In this document: in pieces, positions 36,802 through 46,960 of the stretch | Layout: each line of letters begins with the position of its first letter | Numbering within the stretch: the stretch's first letter is position 1 | IMG/VR virus record: IMGVR_UViG_3300032304_000826 | Location: 1-64,000 of that record | Direction: 5' to 3' (one strand) | Source of the DNA: a virus | Length of the DNA: 64,000 bases | The notes under the pieces: generated by a model | What the model was told of the DNA's origin: nothing | Databases searched by the model: none | What the model saw: only the letters and a program-made list of their open reading frames with translations | Position numbers and translations under genes: made by a program

Positions 36802-38321
36802 GCAAATCGTCCCCAAACTCCGATGTTGCTAGCTGTAAAGCTAGACGCTGTTGATGGAAGGTTAGTCTGTAGTGCCACAGCTCCAGTAATTCTTGGCTCT
36901 AGAGCACTTAGTGCTGCTGGAGGATTATTGAAGGCTGTGTACACAGTTCCTGGGGTTGAACCTACTACAAGTACTGCTAGAGCATATCTATTACCAGCTA
37001 CAAGTTGATACGAAGTATCTAGGTTTCTTGTTGATGCTGTGTTAGTTGAGCTAAAGACAGTAGTGTCGTTTGCAGTAGATGCAACTAGGGTAGCAGTACC
37101 ACCGCTGAGGGAATATAACCCAAAGCGGACAAGAGAGGTTCCAGTGGAAGCTGTGCCCGCAGAAATTGCGGTGACGCTGCTAATAGTTGTTGTCCATAGA
37201 GGACTAAAGAAAGTAAAGTAAACAGTGCCGCTTGTTAGGGTGGCGTTAAAGTTACCTGTACGTGGATATACATCAACAATAGAAGTTGTCTGGTTTAGGT
37301 TACCCGCGTTATTAGCGAATAGGTCCTTCCATAAAAGTCCTGTTGCTGCTGAAGAATCTGCGGTTAAAGCAAATCCGTTTGTTCCTACGCCTAGTCTAGT
37401 TATGGTGTTAGAAGCAGTAGCAGCTAGTATGTCACCCTTTGCTGTAGCTAAGTTCATGCCCAGAATGTTTGTGGTGGCTGTAGGCAAAGTTAGGGTGCCG
37501 GTGTTAGAGATAGTAGAAATTACTGGGGTCGTAAGAGTTAAGCCCGCTACTGTTGTAGTCGTTGCGCCCAGAGTAAGTGCTGTAGATCCTAGTGTTAAGC
37601 CAGAGTTAGCTAATTTAACGTTAGTCACGTTAGCGTCTACAATCTTTTCTGTAGTAACAGATAGGTCTGCCGGAGTTCTAACATCTGAAAGACGAGTGTC
37701 ATTTCCATAAACTACCTGGGTAGATGAAGCATTTCCAGAAGCTGGAATGTCTTTTGTAGAGGCAGTTCCTAGACCTGTTACTTGGGTATTAGCAATAGAT
37801 AAAGATGATTGGTTAATGCCAATAACTGCTGCGGTAGATGTACCAGCATTAGTAATTGGGCCTGTTACAGAGATTACGCCTGAAGGTCCAGTAACTGTGC
37901 TTGCCGCTCCTGTTGGGCCCGTAACACCTTCAGGACCTGTTGGTCCTGTAGGACCTGTGACTGTGCTTGCTGCACCAGTTGGTCCTGTAGGACCAGTGGG
38001 ACCAGTTGGACCGGTAGGGCCCGTAGGACCAGTTGGACCAATAGGTAAAACTAAATTTAATGTTTGACTAGGGGCAGTTCCGCTTATAGATGCGCCAGCA
38101 CCAGCTCCAGATGTTACAGAGCCAATTGTTAAAGTATTTGCCGCACCTGTTGGTCCAGTTACGCCAGAAGAATAAGGAAGTGCGTTCCACCCTTGTGTAC
38201 CGTTACCGACTTTAAAACGACCAGTGTCGTACTCGTAACCTACTTCACCCTGTGCAAGAATTGGGTTAGCGCCAGTCCACGCAGAAGCAGTATCACGTCT
38301 AAATTGAACACGAACAGCCAT
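36798..38321 (-). CDS. tail fibre with hyaluronidase/Mtd-type N-terminal anchor and collagen repeat
   Basis: [30 protein letters not shown]...W..LPY; (GPT)n. Confidence 0.85.
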   Translation of the reverse strand: MAVRVQFRRDTASAWTGANPILAQGEVGYEYDTGRFKVGNGTQGWNALPYSSGVTGPTGAANTLTIGSVTSGAGAGASISGTAPSQTLNLVLPIGPTGPTGPTGPTGPTGPTGPTGAASTVTGPTGPTGPEGVTGPTGAASTVTGPSGVISVTGPITNAGTSTAAVIGINQSSLSIANTQVTGLGTASTKDIPASGNASSTQVVYGNDTRLSDVRTPADLSVTTEKIVDANVTNVKLANSGLTLGSTALTLGATTTTVAGLTLTTPVISTISNTGTLTLPTATTNILGMNLATAKGDILAATASNTITRLGVGTNGFALTADSSAATGLLWKDLFANNAGNLNQTTSIVDVYPRTGNFNATLTSGTVYFTFFSPLWTTTISSVTAISAGTASTGTSLVRFGLYSLSGGTATLVASTANDTTVFSSTNTASTRNLDTSYQLVAGNRYALAVLVVGSTPGTVYTAFNNPPAALSALEPRITGAVALQTNLPSTASSFTASNIGVWGRFA

Positions 38322-38330
38322 TTAAGCTCC

Positions 38331-38693
38331 TTAACCTAACACATTTCCACAGTCAATGATAGAGGAGCCACCGTACAAAGTCGTAGCTGTACCACCATCT
38401 ATATTTTGAAAGATCGGACCTGTTGGTCCTGTTTCACCGATTGGTCCTGTTGGACCTAACAATCCTTGAGATCCAGTTGGGCCTGTAGGTCCGGTGGGAC
38501 CTGTAGGGCCGGTTGATCCAGTTAAACCTGTTGGTCCAGTTGGACCTGTAACTGATAGACCTATAGGACCAGTTGGGCCCGTAGCTCCTTGAGCAACTCT
38601 AATTCTCCATACAGCGCCATCCCAAACCCATACCTGCTCAGCAGCAGTAAATACCTGGTCAAGGGTAGGGGAGTCTGGAAAGTCAATGGGCAT
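38331..38693 (-). CDS. short collagen-like protein
   Basis: [10 protein letters not shown]...W.WDG..W, (GPT)n; TAAAAT -10 element 6 nt upstream of ATG (leaderless). Confidence 0.85.
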   Translation of the reverse strand: MPIDFPDSPTLDQVFTAAEQVWVWDGAVWRIRVAQGATGPTGPIGLSVTGPTGPTGLTGSTGPTGPTGPTGPTGSQGLLGPTGPIGETGPTGPIFQNIDGGTATTLYGGSSIIDCGNVLG

Positions 38694-38702
38694 GTTTGTA
38701 TT

Positions 38703-39086
38703 TTATTGGTAAAGCCACATATCTTCAGGCTCTACCCATATCTTGTTTAATGCTTTGTAGTACCCAAGTTCTTGCATACGCTTATATACAGCTTTGCCTG
38801 CTCCTGGACCATAATAGGTCTCTACCCCATAACCCATAGCTTCTTTCTGATTGCCCACCCTAACCATGTAAAACTCTGCATACGGGCTCCAAGCAGCGTA
38901 TACGCCGTGTGCTCCGCCCCGTTCTTCAATTAATTCCCATATATCCACATCTTCTATCTTCATTTCACGGGCATAGTCCCAATTAGTTTTAGGTGGTAGT
39001 ATCAGCTTGTCAGAATCCATCCAATTAGGATCAAAGACTTCGCCAAAGTCTGTAAAGATATTGGCAGTTGATTTAAATATAGGCAT
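38703..39086 (-). CDS. hypothetical protein
   Basis: MPIFKST...WDYAREM.IEDVDIWE...GVYAAW.PYAEFY; leaderless start at 39086. Confidence 0.75.
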   Translation of the reverse strand: MPIFKSTANIFTDFGEVFDPNWMDSDKLILPPKTNWDYAREMKIEDVDIWELIEERGGAHGVYAAWSPYAEFYMVRVGNQKEAMGYGVETYYGPGAGKAVYKRMQELGYYKALNKIWVEPEDMWLYQ

Positions 39087-39103
39087 TGGAATAGTATACA
39101 TCT
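39087..39103. promoter_or_regulatory. overlapping bidirectional -10 elements for two leaderless genes
   Basis: Plus strand TAGTAT 39092-39097, 6 nt, ATG 39104; minus strand TATACT 39098-39093, 6 nt, ATG 39086. Confidence 0.7.
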
Positions 39104-40723
39104 ATGAACATCTTAGGCATATCACCAAATCATGATAGTTCTGTATGCCTACTCTCTGATGGCCGTATTAAATACTTTTCAAAAGAAGAGCGGCTATCTA
39201 GAGTAAAAAGAGCGGCTGACCCTAATTTAGCTACGCAAGAGGCCCTAAAGTTAGGGCCTATAGATCAGGTTGTTTGGTGCCCCCCTACTCAAAATCCCGA
39301 TTATCGAGATGAGTTTATAGGCGATTACTTTAAAGGCATGGAAGTAACTGTTAATGACCTGTCTGATTACCACCACTTAACCCACGCAAGTTTAGGGTTT
39401 TACAACAGCGGGTTTACCGAGGCAGCCGTAGTTGTTGTAGACCGCAATGGCTCTATCATGGGAAACTCATGTAGAGAGTCAGAGACTATTTTTATGGCCT
39501 CTTACCCAGCCACGTTTGATCAAGTATACAAAAGTTTTTGGATATACGACAATACCGCACATCAAGAGGCCCTATTGTTTAAAGAAAGAAACCCAAAGTG
39601 TGAGGTAGATGTTAGGTCTATGTACGGAGTAGTTAAAGTCTACGAAACTGCTACCGCGTTAATTAGACAACATGTTTTAGAAAATGGAAAAGTTATGGGT
39701 CTTTCTGCATATGGAAATAAAGATGCAGAGTTTGATCCGTTATTTTTTAGGGGAAACATACCCAACGATTACTACTTTGGGCATGAAGAAGTAACCAATC
39801 GAATTGCTACCCATCAAGAGTTACAGCTATTTGCTACAAATGTAGTAACTCCAGAAAACTTTCAAGTATACGCAGACTATGCGTGGCAAGTTCAAAAGCA
39901 GACTCAAGACGCAGTCTGTTACCTAATCCAAAAAGCTATAGATAAAACAGGTTCTAAGAATGTAGTTATTACTGGTGGCTACGGGATGAATGTAGTTGCC
40001 AACCATTATTACCTGACTAAATTCCCAGATATTAACTTTTTCTTTGAGCCTTTGGCTGATGACAGTGGAAACAGCATAGGTGGCGCTATGTTTATTCACA
40101 GGCTTCTTACTGGAGACACCTCTGTAAACCCTTTAAACACAACGTTTTTTAGTGGCAAACACCACTCATTAAAGAGTATTCATGGGCTACCAACACAAAC
40201 CAAAGATGTTGCAAAGTTACTTGCCAACGGTAAAAGTATTGCTGTATACCGTGGGTTGGCTGAGGCTGGGCCCAGAGCGTTAGGCAATAGGTCTATCTTG
40301 TTTGATCCTAGGAATAAAGATGCCAAAGAGATTGTTAATAAGATTAAGAGACGCGAGTGGTACCGTCCATTTGCAGCTATGGTTCTAGAAGAAGATGCCC
40401 ACATGTACTTTGATATGGGAGCAGTAACTTCAAGCCCTTATATGACTATCTCATTTCCAGCAAAACAATACGCTGTAGATAACATTCCGGGAGTAATACA
40501 TGTAGATAATACCTGCAGACTTCAAACAGTCTCTAAGTCAGATGGGTATCTCTATGAGTTGTTGTTAGAGTTTAAAGCGCTAACAGGTCACGGAGTTATT
40601 CTTAATACAAGCTTTAATTTAGCGGGAGAGCCTTTAGTAGAAACTCCAGAGGAAGCAATTAAAACATTACGTAATTCAACTTTAAACCATGTATGGTTTG
40701 AAGAAAAAAACGTTTTAGTTTAA
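39104..40723 (+). CDS. O-carbamoyltransferase (NodU/CmcH/TobZ family)
   Basis: HDSS, EERLSR.K, HH..HA, GKVMGLSAYG, GG..MN, D.GNSIG, E.GPRALGNRSIL, KRREWYRPFA, HVD.T.R.QTV, LNTSFN. Confidence 0.93.
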   Translation: MNILGISPNHDSSVCLLSDGRIKYFSKEERLSRVKRAADPNLATQEALKLGPIDQVVWCPPTQNPDYRDEFIGDYFKGMEVTVNDLSDYHHLTHASLGFYNSGFTEAAVVVVDRNGSIMGNSCRESETIFMASYPATFDQVYKSFWIYDNTAHQEALLFKERNPKCEVDVRSMYGVVKVYETATALIRQHVLENGKVMGLSAYGNKDAEFDPLFFRGNIPNDYYFGHEEVTNRIATHQELQLFATNVVTPENFQVYADYAWQVQKQTQDAVCYLIQKAIDKTGSKNVVITGGYGMNVVANHYYLTKFPDINFFFEPLADDSGNSIGGAMFIHRLLTGDTSVNPLNTTFFSGKHHSLKSIHGLPTQTKDVAKLLANGKSIAVYRGLAEAGPRALGNRSILFDPRNKDAKEIVNKIKRREWYRPFAAMVLEEDAHMYFDMGAVTSSPYMTISFPAKQYAVDNIPGVIHVDNTCRLQTVSKSDGYLYELLLEFKALTGHGVILNTSFNLAGEPLVETPEEAIKTLRNSTLNHVWFEEKNVLV

Positions 40724-41661
40724 ATTTGATACCTAACAATTACCACGCCAGATCCACCGTTTCTACCGTTCGTAGTGTTAGTATTTCCTGCTTCACCAGT
40801 TCCGCCGCCACCGCCGCCTAATCCATTAGTTCCTGCAGTTGCTCTTGCTGAGTTAACGTTGTTAGACCCAAGTCCGCCACCACCAGAACCGCCATTAGGT
40901 TCTCGTTGCCCATCCCAAGAAGTTCCTCCACCGCCACCTGCGTAAAATGTAGAGTTGCCAGAAATAGAGTACGCACGTCCTGCGCCCCCATCCCCACCAC
41001 CAACTCCGTTTGCAGCGTTTCCGCCTGCTCCACCTGCTCCGCCTCCGCCACCAGTTGGGTAACCGTTACCTGAGGCCGCACCAGAGCCACCAGCGTTACC
41101 GTAACCTAAGCCACCACCAATATTTCCTTGAGTGGCTGCGCCACCCGCACCGTTACCGTAGTTTCCGCCGCCTCCAGATCCGCCGGCTAAACCTAGGCTA
41201 TTTATTGACTCGCCTGACCCGCCACCACCGCCATTAGCAACAATGTCAGAGATACTTGAATTTCCACCATTCAAACCGTTACCAGCTGAGGTGTTGTCTC
41301 CACCATTACCTACAACAACAGAGTACGACGCTACTGGAAGTGATTTTGCTGAATGATACACAAGTCCACCGGCTCCACCGCCACCGTTGGTGTTGGACTG
41401 AGCGCCAGAGTTTCCTCCACCGCCTACAACTAGTATTTCTGCTGTAAGGGTTAGTGCAGAGTTGAAAAATGTATAGGTTCCGCCAGTTACGGCACCTGTA
41501 ACAAACGTATGGGTTCTATACCCACCAGCTGTTACAACACTGCCACCAGTTATAGAAGCAGGATTTTGTCTTAGTGCTTCTGATATGGCAGCACCTACAC
41601 CCACACCTTTATTTTCAGAGGTTGCACCAAAGGTTCCTCTCACGCTACTTACAAAAGGCAT
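40720..41661 (-). CDS. glycine-rich fibre tip/adhesin protein
   Basis: [16 protein letters not shown], poly-Gly, GGSGVVIVRY; paralogue of 46093..46956. Confidence 0.8.
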   Translation of the reverse strand: MPFVSSVRGTFGATSENKGVGVGAAISEALRQNPASITGGSVVTAGGYRTHTFVTGAVTGGTYTFFNSALTLTAEILVVGGGGNSGAQSNTNGGGGAGGLVYHSAKSLPVASYSVVVGNGGDNTSAGNGLNGGNSSISDIVANGGGGGSGESINSLGLAGGSGGGGNYGNGAGGAATQGNIGGGLGYGNAGGSGAASGNGYPTGGGGGAGGAGGNAANGVGGGDGGAGRAYSISGNSTFYAGGGGGTSWDGQREPNGGSGGGGLGSNNVNSARATAGTNGLGGGGGGTGEAGNTNTTNGRNGGSGVVIVRYQI

Positions 41662-41671
41662 TTACTTCTCC

Positions 41672-44569
41672 TTAGAAGTTGAGGTTAGCAGAACCTAACA
41701 AGGTGTATGCAGAAGATCTACGAACTAGTGTAAGAGAAAAAATATCAATTTTTCCACTTGAAGACGTAGGAGTTGGGGTAAGTCCAGCTGCCCACTTCAT
41801 GGTTATAGCAGATCCGTTTACAGTAAATGTTGATGGGACATAACCTGTTGCGCCTTGAGTTACTAGTACGTTTATGGTAAATACGCGACCATCGGTTGTT
41901 GGAGCATTTGTGATATTCCAAGTCATGTTAGCGGAAGGAGTATTTGTAGTCCAGAAAATGTTACCTGCGCTATAGTCGAGAGTAGCTACGTTTGACGATA
42001 GAGTTACGTCTACAACGTCTTCAATCATTTCCTGAACACGAACTCCACCAGTAAAGGTTGGGGTTCCAGTAAACGAAGGTGCTCCAGAGAATACTGGGGT
42101 ACCAGAGAATGTTGGGTTACCAGAGAATGTTGCATCTCCAGCAATCGTTCCACCAAAGCTGTTTGAAGAACCACTAAGTGTTAAGTTAGCAATGCTGTTA
42201 GATCCAGCTGTAGAGGTTAATCCTGTAGATAGGGTAGCTGTAGTAGCTGTAATTGCTCCAGTACGTATAGCATCATATACAAGTCCAGCGTTTGTAAAGT
42301 CAACAGTTGTTCCCGGAGCAACAGTTAGGCCATCAAAGAACTTTGTAACGCCGTCAGATGCATCACGAACAATACCGTAGTATCTGCGTTCACGAGTCTT
42401 AGTAGCTGTTCCTGCAGGAGATACTGCAGCTGAAGTTACGTTAGCAGCACCAGTTTTTCTATAGCTAAATGTTGTAGCAGAAGGAATTGCGCTTACAACA
42501 TAAGTTCCGTTGAATGTAGCGTCCACACTTGTTACTACAACAACGTCTCCTACAGCATATGTATGGGATGCGGTTGTAGTTAGTGTAGCTACTTCAGAGG
42601 CGATTACCTTGTTGCTTACAGAGCGAACTACGTTAGATACGGCAACTGTGTACTCTGAAACAAGACCTAGATCAATAAGGTCATCAGTGTTGTTAGCAGC
42701 TGTACGAACTAATGAGTCTGCAGTTGAAAGTGTGTCAATAACTGTAGTAGTTCCAGAACCACCAAAGGTTAGGGTACCTACGATTGCAACGTTACCTGCA
42801 ATATTCATAGCACCTGAAATACCAACGCCACCAACTACGGTAAGAGCACCAGTTGTAGGAGAGGTAGAAGGTGTTGGAATTTCTAAGTGAACATTTACAC
42901 CAGGTGTAATTTCAAGTTGGGTGTCGCCAGAAGCGAAACCACCGGCTGCAAAAATAATCTTGTTTTGAGTTCCCTTATCGCCAGTAGCAAATACTAGGTT
43001 ACCTTGTGCGCCATCGTTAAAGGTTACGCTTCCAGCAGGAGATACTGCTGCAGAGGTTACGTTTGCATTTGTCTTTGCATATCTAAAGGTTGTAGTAGTA
43101 GGCACTGCAGTTACGTAGTAAGTGCCGTCAAATGGGGCACCTACGCCAGTAATAACTGCCTTAGCCCCTACAGAGATGCCGTGTGCAGCTCCTGTTGTAA
43201 GAGTAGCAACGTTAGAGGTAAGAGCCTTATTTGTAATAGTTTTTGTTACAGTCGCTGGCGCCTCGTGGAAGATATACGCATCGTTTGGACCAGTAATACC
43301 GTAGGTTTCTGCATCAAAGTCTGATCCAGTAATACCGAAGGTTGCCCAGCCACTACCGTCATCTCCGTTGTTAGAGAAAACCTGCATGTCTGCAGAAGAG
43401 GTTCGGTCCGTGTTGCGGAATGCTAATTGAGCAAAACCACTTTCTTCTGCTCCATTGCTAAATTGACGAACTTCTACTGCGTTAGTAAGAGCAGCGTCTG
43501 TCTCAAAAGTAGGCGCATCGGTGCCCGCAAAAACTTGATCATTAGCGGTAAGGGCGTCTACTGTTACGTCAGATACCCAAGTAACCGCAGTTCCATCATT
43601 AGATAGGAATTTGCCAGCTTGAGCTGAGTAGTCTGGGAAAGTACCTGCAGCTAAAACGTCCCAGTTAGCGCCCACTACTGGAGAGTTACCTGTTGTATTT
43701 CTCTTAGCAATCCAAGAAGATCCACCAAAAGTAACAATATCGTTTTTATTGTAAGTAGTTAAGGCGTTATATGTGCCCTTCCAAGAAATACCTTCAATGA
43801 GCACCGCCCAATAAAGAGTATCTGTTGGTGCACTGTTTAATGAGTCTGCAATAGCTACGTATACAAGACCACCGTAGTTAACCACGTCTCCTGATTGATA
43901 ACTAGTCAATGAAGACCATGTGCCCTCAAATTGGAAACCTTGGCTAAATAATGCCCAGTTAGTTACGTTAGTTGGAACTACTCCAGTAGAAGCGACAATA
44001 TTAATATACGCTTTACCGCCATAGGAAACGATATCGTTTAGTTTATAAGTGGTTCCTGAAGCGTAAGCGCCCTTCCATTCAACGCCGTATACAAGAATTT
44101 CCCAGTTAGCGTTTCCAGTAGCGGGAATAGAAGCAGAGTTGTTATTAGAAGCAATCCAAATGTTACCGCCGTGCTTAACTACGTCGCCTTTTTGATAAGA
44201 GGTGCCTGAAGCCCAAGTGCCCTCATACTGAATACCGTCAACAAAAACAGACCAATCTGAGGTTTCAGTTACAGGGTTATCGGCTAAAGTGTCTCGCAGA
44301 GCAATGTAGATCTTTCCACCAAACGAAACTAAATCTGAAATTAAATATTGAGTTGATGAAGACCAAATACCTCGGTAGTTAAAACCCTCAACCATTAGAT
44401 CCCAGAATGAGGTGTCTGTTGGGAGGTTGCCTGCAGTTGCAGTAGATAGTTTATAAACATAAACGTTACCACCATAGGTGACCACATCGTTACGCTCATA
44501 CGTTGTGCCGCTTGCGTAAGATCCGCGATAGTCAAAGCGGAATTTGCCCAGATCAAGAATCTGTGCCAT
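41672..44569 (-). CDS. long tail fibre with six CBM5/12-like repeats
   Basis: Six G.w...t.Y...DvV.ygG...P...W repeats and two NKA..S.VATLTT beta-barrel repeats; paralogue of 46961..49039. Confidence 0.8.
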   Translation of the reverse strand: MAQILDLGKFRFDYRGSYASGTTYERNDVVTYGGNVYVYKLSTATAGNLPTDTSFWDLMVEGFNYRGIWSSSTQYLISDLVSFGGKIYIALRDTLADNPVTETSDWSVFVDGIQYEGTWASGTSYQKGDVVKHGGNIWIASNNNSASIPATGNANWEILVYGVEWKGAYASGTTYKLNDIVSYGGKAYINIVASTGVVPTNVTNWALFSQGFQFEGTWSSLTSYQSGDVVNYGGLVYVAIADSLNSAPTDTLYWAVLIEGISWKGTYNALTTYNKNDIVTFGGSSWIAKRNTTGNSPVVGANWDVLAAGTFPDYSAQAGKFLSNDGTAVTWVSDVTVDALTANDQVFAGTDAPTFETDAALTNAVEVRQFSNGAEESGFAQLAFRNTDRTSSADMQVFSNNGDDGSGWATFGITGSDFDAETYGITGPNDAYIFHEAPATVTKTITNKALTSNVATLTTGAAHGISVGAKAVITGVGAPFDGTYYVTAVPTTTTFRYAKTNANVTSAAVSPAGSVTFNDGAQGNLVFATGDKGTQNKIIFAAGGFASGDTQLEITPGVNVHLEIPTPSTSPTTGALTVVGGVGISGAMNIAGNVAIVGTLTFGGSGTTTVIDTLSTADSLVRTAANNTDDLIDLGLVSEYTVAVSNVVRSVSNKVIASEVATLTTTASHTYAVGDVVVVTSVDATFNGTYVVSAIPSATTFSYRKTGAANVTSAAVSPAGTATKTRERRYYGIVRDASDGVTKFFDGLTVAPGTTVDFTNAGLVYDAIRTGAITATTATLSTGLTSTAGSNSIANLTLSGSSNSFGGTIAGDATFSGNPTFSGTPVFSGAPSFTGTPTFTGGVRVQEMIEDVVDVTLSSNVATLDYSAGNIFWTTNTPSANMTWNITNAPTTDGRVFTINVLVTQGATGYVPSTFTVNGSAITMKWAAGLTPTPTSSSGKIDIFSLTLVRRSSAYTLLGSANLNF

Positions 44570-44847
44570 TAGTAAACCTCCATTAGGATATGACCGGTTG
44601 CGTTAACGCTAAACCTCAGTGTATTATTGCTCCACATCCAGTTGAGGTAGTCATCTGAACGTACAGAGAAAGAGCTATCACCTAGGTTAATAGCAGTTCC
44701 ACCGGCAATAATATCAATATAAGTCTTGCCTGTATCGATGTCTTGACGAGCACCGTAGAATACTTTATCGGCAATATCCTCAAGATCAGAGGTATTTAGG
44801 GTGCCTGCCGCCCCGTCAATATTTATAAACTGCGGTACTAGAGGCAC
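44569..44847 (-). CDS. small fibre-associated protein
   Basis: FYG..D...; C-terminal L.MEV; paralogue of 49040..49312. Confidence 0.65.
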   Translation of the reverse strand: MPLVPQFINIDGAAGTLNTSDLEDIADKVFYGARQDIDTGKTYIDIIAGGTAINLGDSSFSVRSDDYLNWMWSNNTLRFSVNATGHILMEVY

Positions 44848-45287
44848 TACTTAACTCCTTCTGACAGCTCGATGTGAAGTGTAATAATATCCTCAAATGG
44901 GCAGGTAGCGTATAGCTTATCCCCAGTATTAAGGACAAAATCTGGAAGCACCTTGTTATACCCACTAGAAGTAGGGTTTCCGTCTTCCCCGACTCTGGAA
45001 TCTCCAGATACCACAGGAAGAACTACAAAGTTATTTTTCAAAACACGGTTTTTAGCAAGCAAATGCTTGACAGTTGGGTTGCCGCGCCCAACATAAACTT
45101 CTACTGGAAGGATTCCAGTGTCGCTTGCCCCAGTATGAATAGCGACAATTGAGTTGACGCGAGTCTTAGAGGTAGCGGTAAAAATAGTAGTAGCAGTAGA
45201 TGCTGCCGTATCAGTGACAAGGAAGCTAATGCTTTTAGCAGTTCCCGCAGAGGCTACTGCGTCAACTGGATATGCGTATCCTGGCAT
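44847..45287 (-). CDS. small beta-sandwich virion protein (paralogue family)
   Basis: T.IFTA....VNSI...L.TGD.L pattern. Confidence 0.6.
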   Translation of the reverse strand: MPGYAYPVDAVASAGTAKSISFLVTDTAASTATTIFTATSKTRVNSIVAIHTGASDTGILPVEVYVGRGNPTVKHLLAKNRVLKNNFVVLPVVSGDSRVGEDGNPTSSGYNKVLPDFVLNTGDKLYATCPFEDIITLHIELSEGVK

Positions 45288-45295
45288 TTACTCTC

Positions 45296-45625
45296 CTAAG
45301 CCGTCTGATCTATTCCCTGGACGTAAAAGGCCATTCCTGCTGGTCCAGCAACCTTTACTACATCTGTTGGGTTTACGCCAAATCTAAATGTTTCATAGCT
45401 ATTATACGCAGGCACAATTAACTTATGTGCTATTAACCCATAGCCAGTTTCTGAGGCTCCTGAAGGAATTACATATACATAGATCTCTGCATCAGCTTCG
45501 GTAGTATTAGTAGCTATAACAGAGATTAAATAATAATCTGTAGAGGTAAACGCGGTAGTTCCAGAAGAACCGTAGGCTACTGCTGAAGATAGGCGTGTTA
45601 CCGCTAAACGTTCAATGCCTGCCAT
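45296..45625 (-). CDS. small beta-sandwich virion protein (paralogue family)
   Basis: ISVIATN...IAH...F.V..TD.V.V pattern. Confidence 0.65.
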   Translation of the reverse strand: MAGIERLAVTRLSSAVAYGSSGTTAFTSTDYYLISVIATNTTEADAEIYVYVIPSGASETGYGLIAHKLIVPAYNSYETFRFGVNPTDVVKVAGPAGMAFYVQGIDQTA

Positions 45626-46093
45626 TTATATTCCTAACCACCATGAGATTGCAGCACTGCCTGCACTTGAAGATCCAGCAGGACCGGTTGGTCCAATTAA
45701 TCCTTGTGGGCCTGTTGGGCCTACTGATCCAGTAGGACCTGTAGATCCTTGTGGAGCTGCGCCGGTTTCAACCCAGTATCCATCATAATAAATAAAAATA
45801 CTGCCTGTATTTGGATCAAACCAAGAATCACCAGCCACTGCATTAGCAGGTGGCGTTCCGGTTGTTGTTGTCCAACGACCTAAAGATCCAGTTGGTCCAG
45901 TAGATCCTGTTGGTCCAGTAGGACCTGTTGCACCAGTATTACCCGTTAAACCTGTGGGACCAGTTGGACCCGTTGGTCCAACTACAGGTGTACGAATTAC
46001 GTTCCAAGTAACACCATCCCACTTCCAAGTAGTATTACCAGAAGTAAATTCTTGATTGAGTGTAGGTGAATTAGGAAAATCAATAGCTGGCAT
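45626..46093 (-). CDS. short collagen-like protein
   Basis: [11 protein letters not shown]...WKWDGVTW, (GPT)n, GDSWFD...YYD.YWVE. Confidence 0.85.
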   Translation of the reverse strand: MPAIDFPNSPTLNQEFTSGNTTWKWDGVTWNVIRTPVVGPTGPTGPTGLTGNTGATGPTGPTGSTGPTGSLGRWTTTTGTPPANAVAGDSWFDPNTGSIFIYYDGYWVETGAAPQGSTGPTGSVGPTGPQGLIGPTGPAGSSSAGSAAISWWLGI

Positions 46094-46956
46094 TAGATTG
46101 GGTACCTAATAATCACGATACCAGAGCCGCCCCTACCTCCATCAGATAAACCGGATGTACTTCCGCTTCCGCCACCTCCACCGCCAAGACCATTTGTGCC
46201 ATTGCCACCAGCACCGTTGTTACCGCCAGCTCCGCCCCCACCACTACCCCCTGATGATGCAGTTCCACCTGAACGGTTAGCGCCCCCACCGCCACCAGCA
46301 TAAAAAGTACCAAATACAGAAAGCCCTGCGCCTCCAGAACCAGCGTTTCCCTCACTAGGAACATATCCTCCAGCAGCTCCTGCGCCACCGCCACCAGCCA
46401 TACTGCAACAACCTCCAAAGGAACCTCCACCATTATTTCCTTGACCTGCAACACCTGTTCGTACTGATTGATAAGATGGGTGACCTACCCCACCTCCAGA
46501 ACCTCCATTTGATGCTGGAGCAGAACCATTACCACCACTTACCTGTTGTTCTCCAGCACCATAACCTCCACCGAAGGATGTTAAACCAAATGCTGTGCTG
46601 TCTCCGCCTTGGGTAGGCATTGAAGAGCCACTTGAACCGTTTCCATAATTTCCAACAACAATTGAGTAGTTAGTAATTGATACATTTAAGCTTCCAGTAA
46701 GCAGACCTCCCGCACCTCCGCCACCGCCTTGGTACCCACCACCACCGCCCCCACCACCAGCAACAATTAAGTATTCAACTGGTCCTGATTGATCTGGGGT
46801 AAAAGTAGATGTGCCCACAGCAGTAAAAGTATGTATGCGGTAACCACCTGCGATTGTAACTGTTCCACCAGTAGAGCCAGTGCCTATACGACCAGTTTGA
46901 GTTTTTCGTTTTCCTTGGCTGCCGTAGCTTCCCCGAACAGAGCTAACAAAAGGCAT
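46093..46956 (-). CDS. glycine-rich fibre tip/adhesin protein
   Basis: [40 protein letters not shown]. Confidence 0.8.
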   Translation of the reverse strand: MPFVSSVRGSYGSQGKRKTQTGRIGTGSTGGTVTIAGGYRIHTFTAVGTSTFTPDQSGPVEYLIVAGGGGGGGGYQGGGGGAGGLLTGSLNVSITNYSIVVGNYGNGSSGSSMPTQGGDSTAFGLTSFGGGYGAGEQQVSGGNGSAPASNGGSGGGVGHPSYQSVRTGVAGQGNNGGGSFGGCCSMAGGGGAGAAGGYVPSEGNAGSGGAGLSVFGTFYAGGGGGANRSGGTASSGGSGGGGAGGNNGAGGNGTNGLGGGGGGSGSTSGLSDGGRGGSGIVIIRYPI

Positions 46957-46960
46957 TTAA

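Noticed and set aside
39104-40723. Carbamoyltransferase as a DNA hypermodification enzyme
   Set aside because: No dCMP hydroxymethylase/thymidylate-synthase-like or related gene nearby and the context is structural. Not excluded, since the rest of the genome is unseen.
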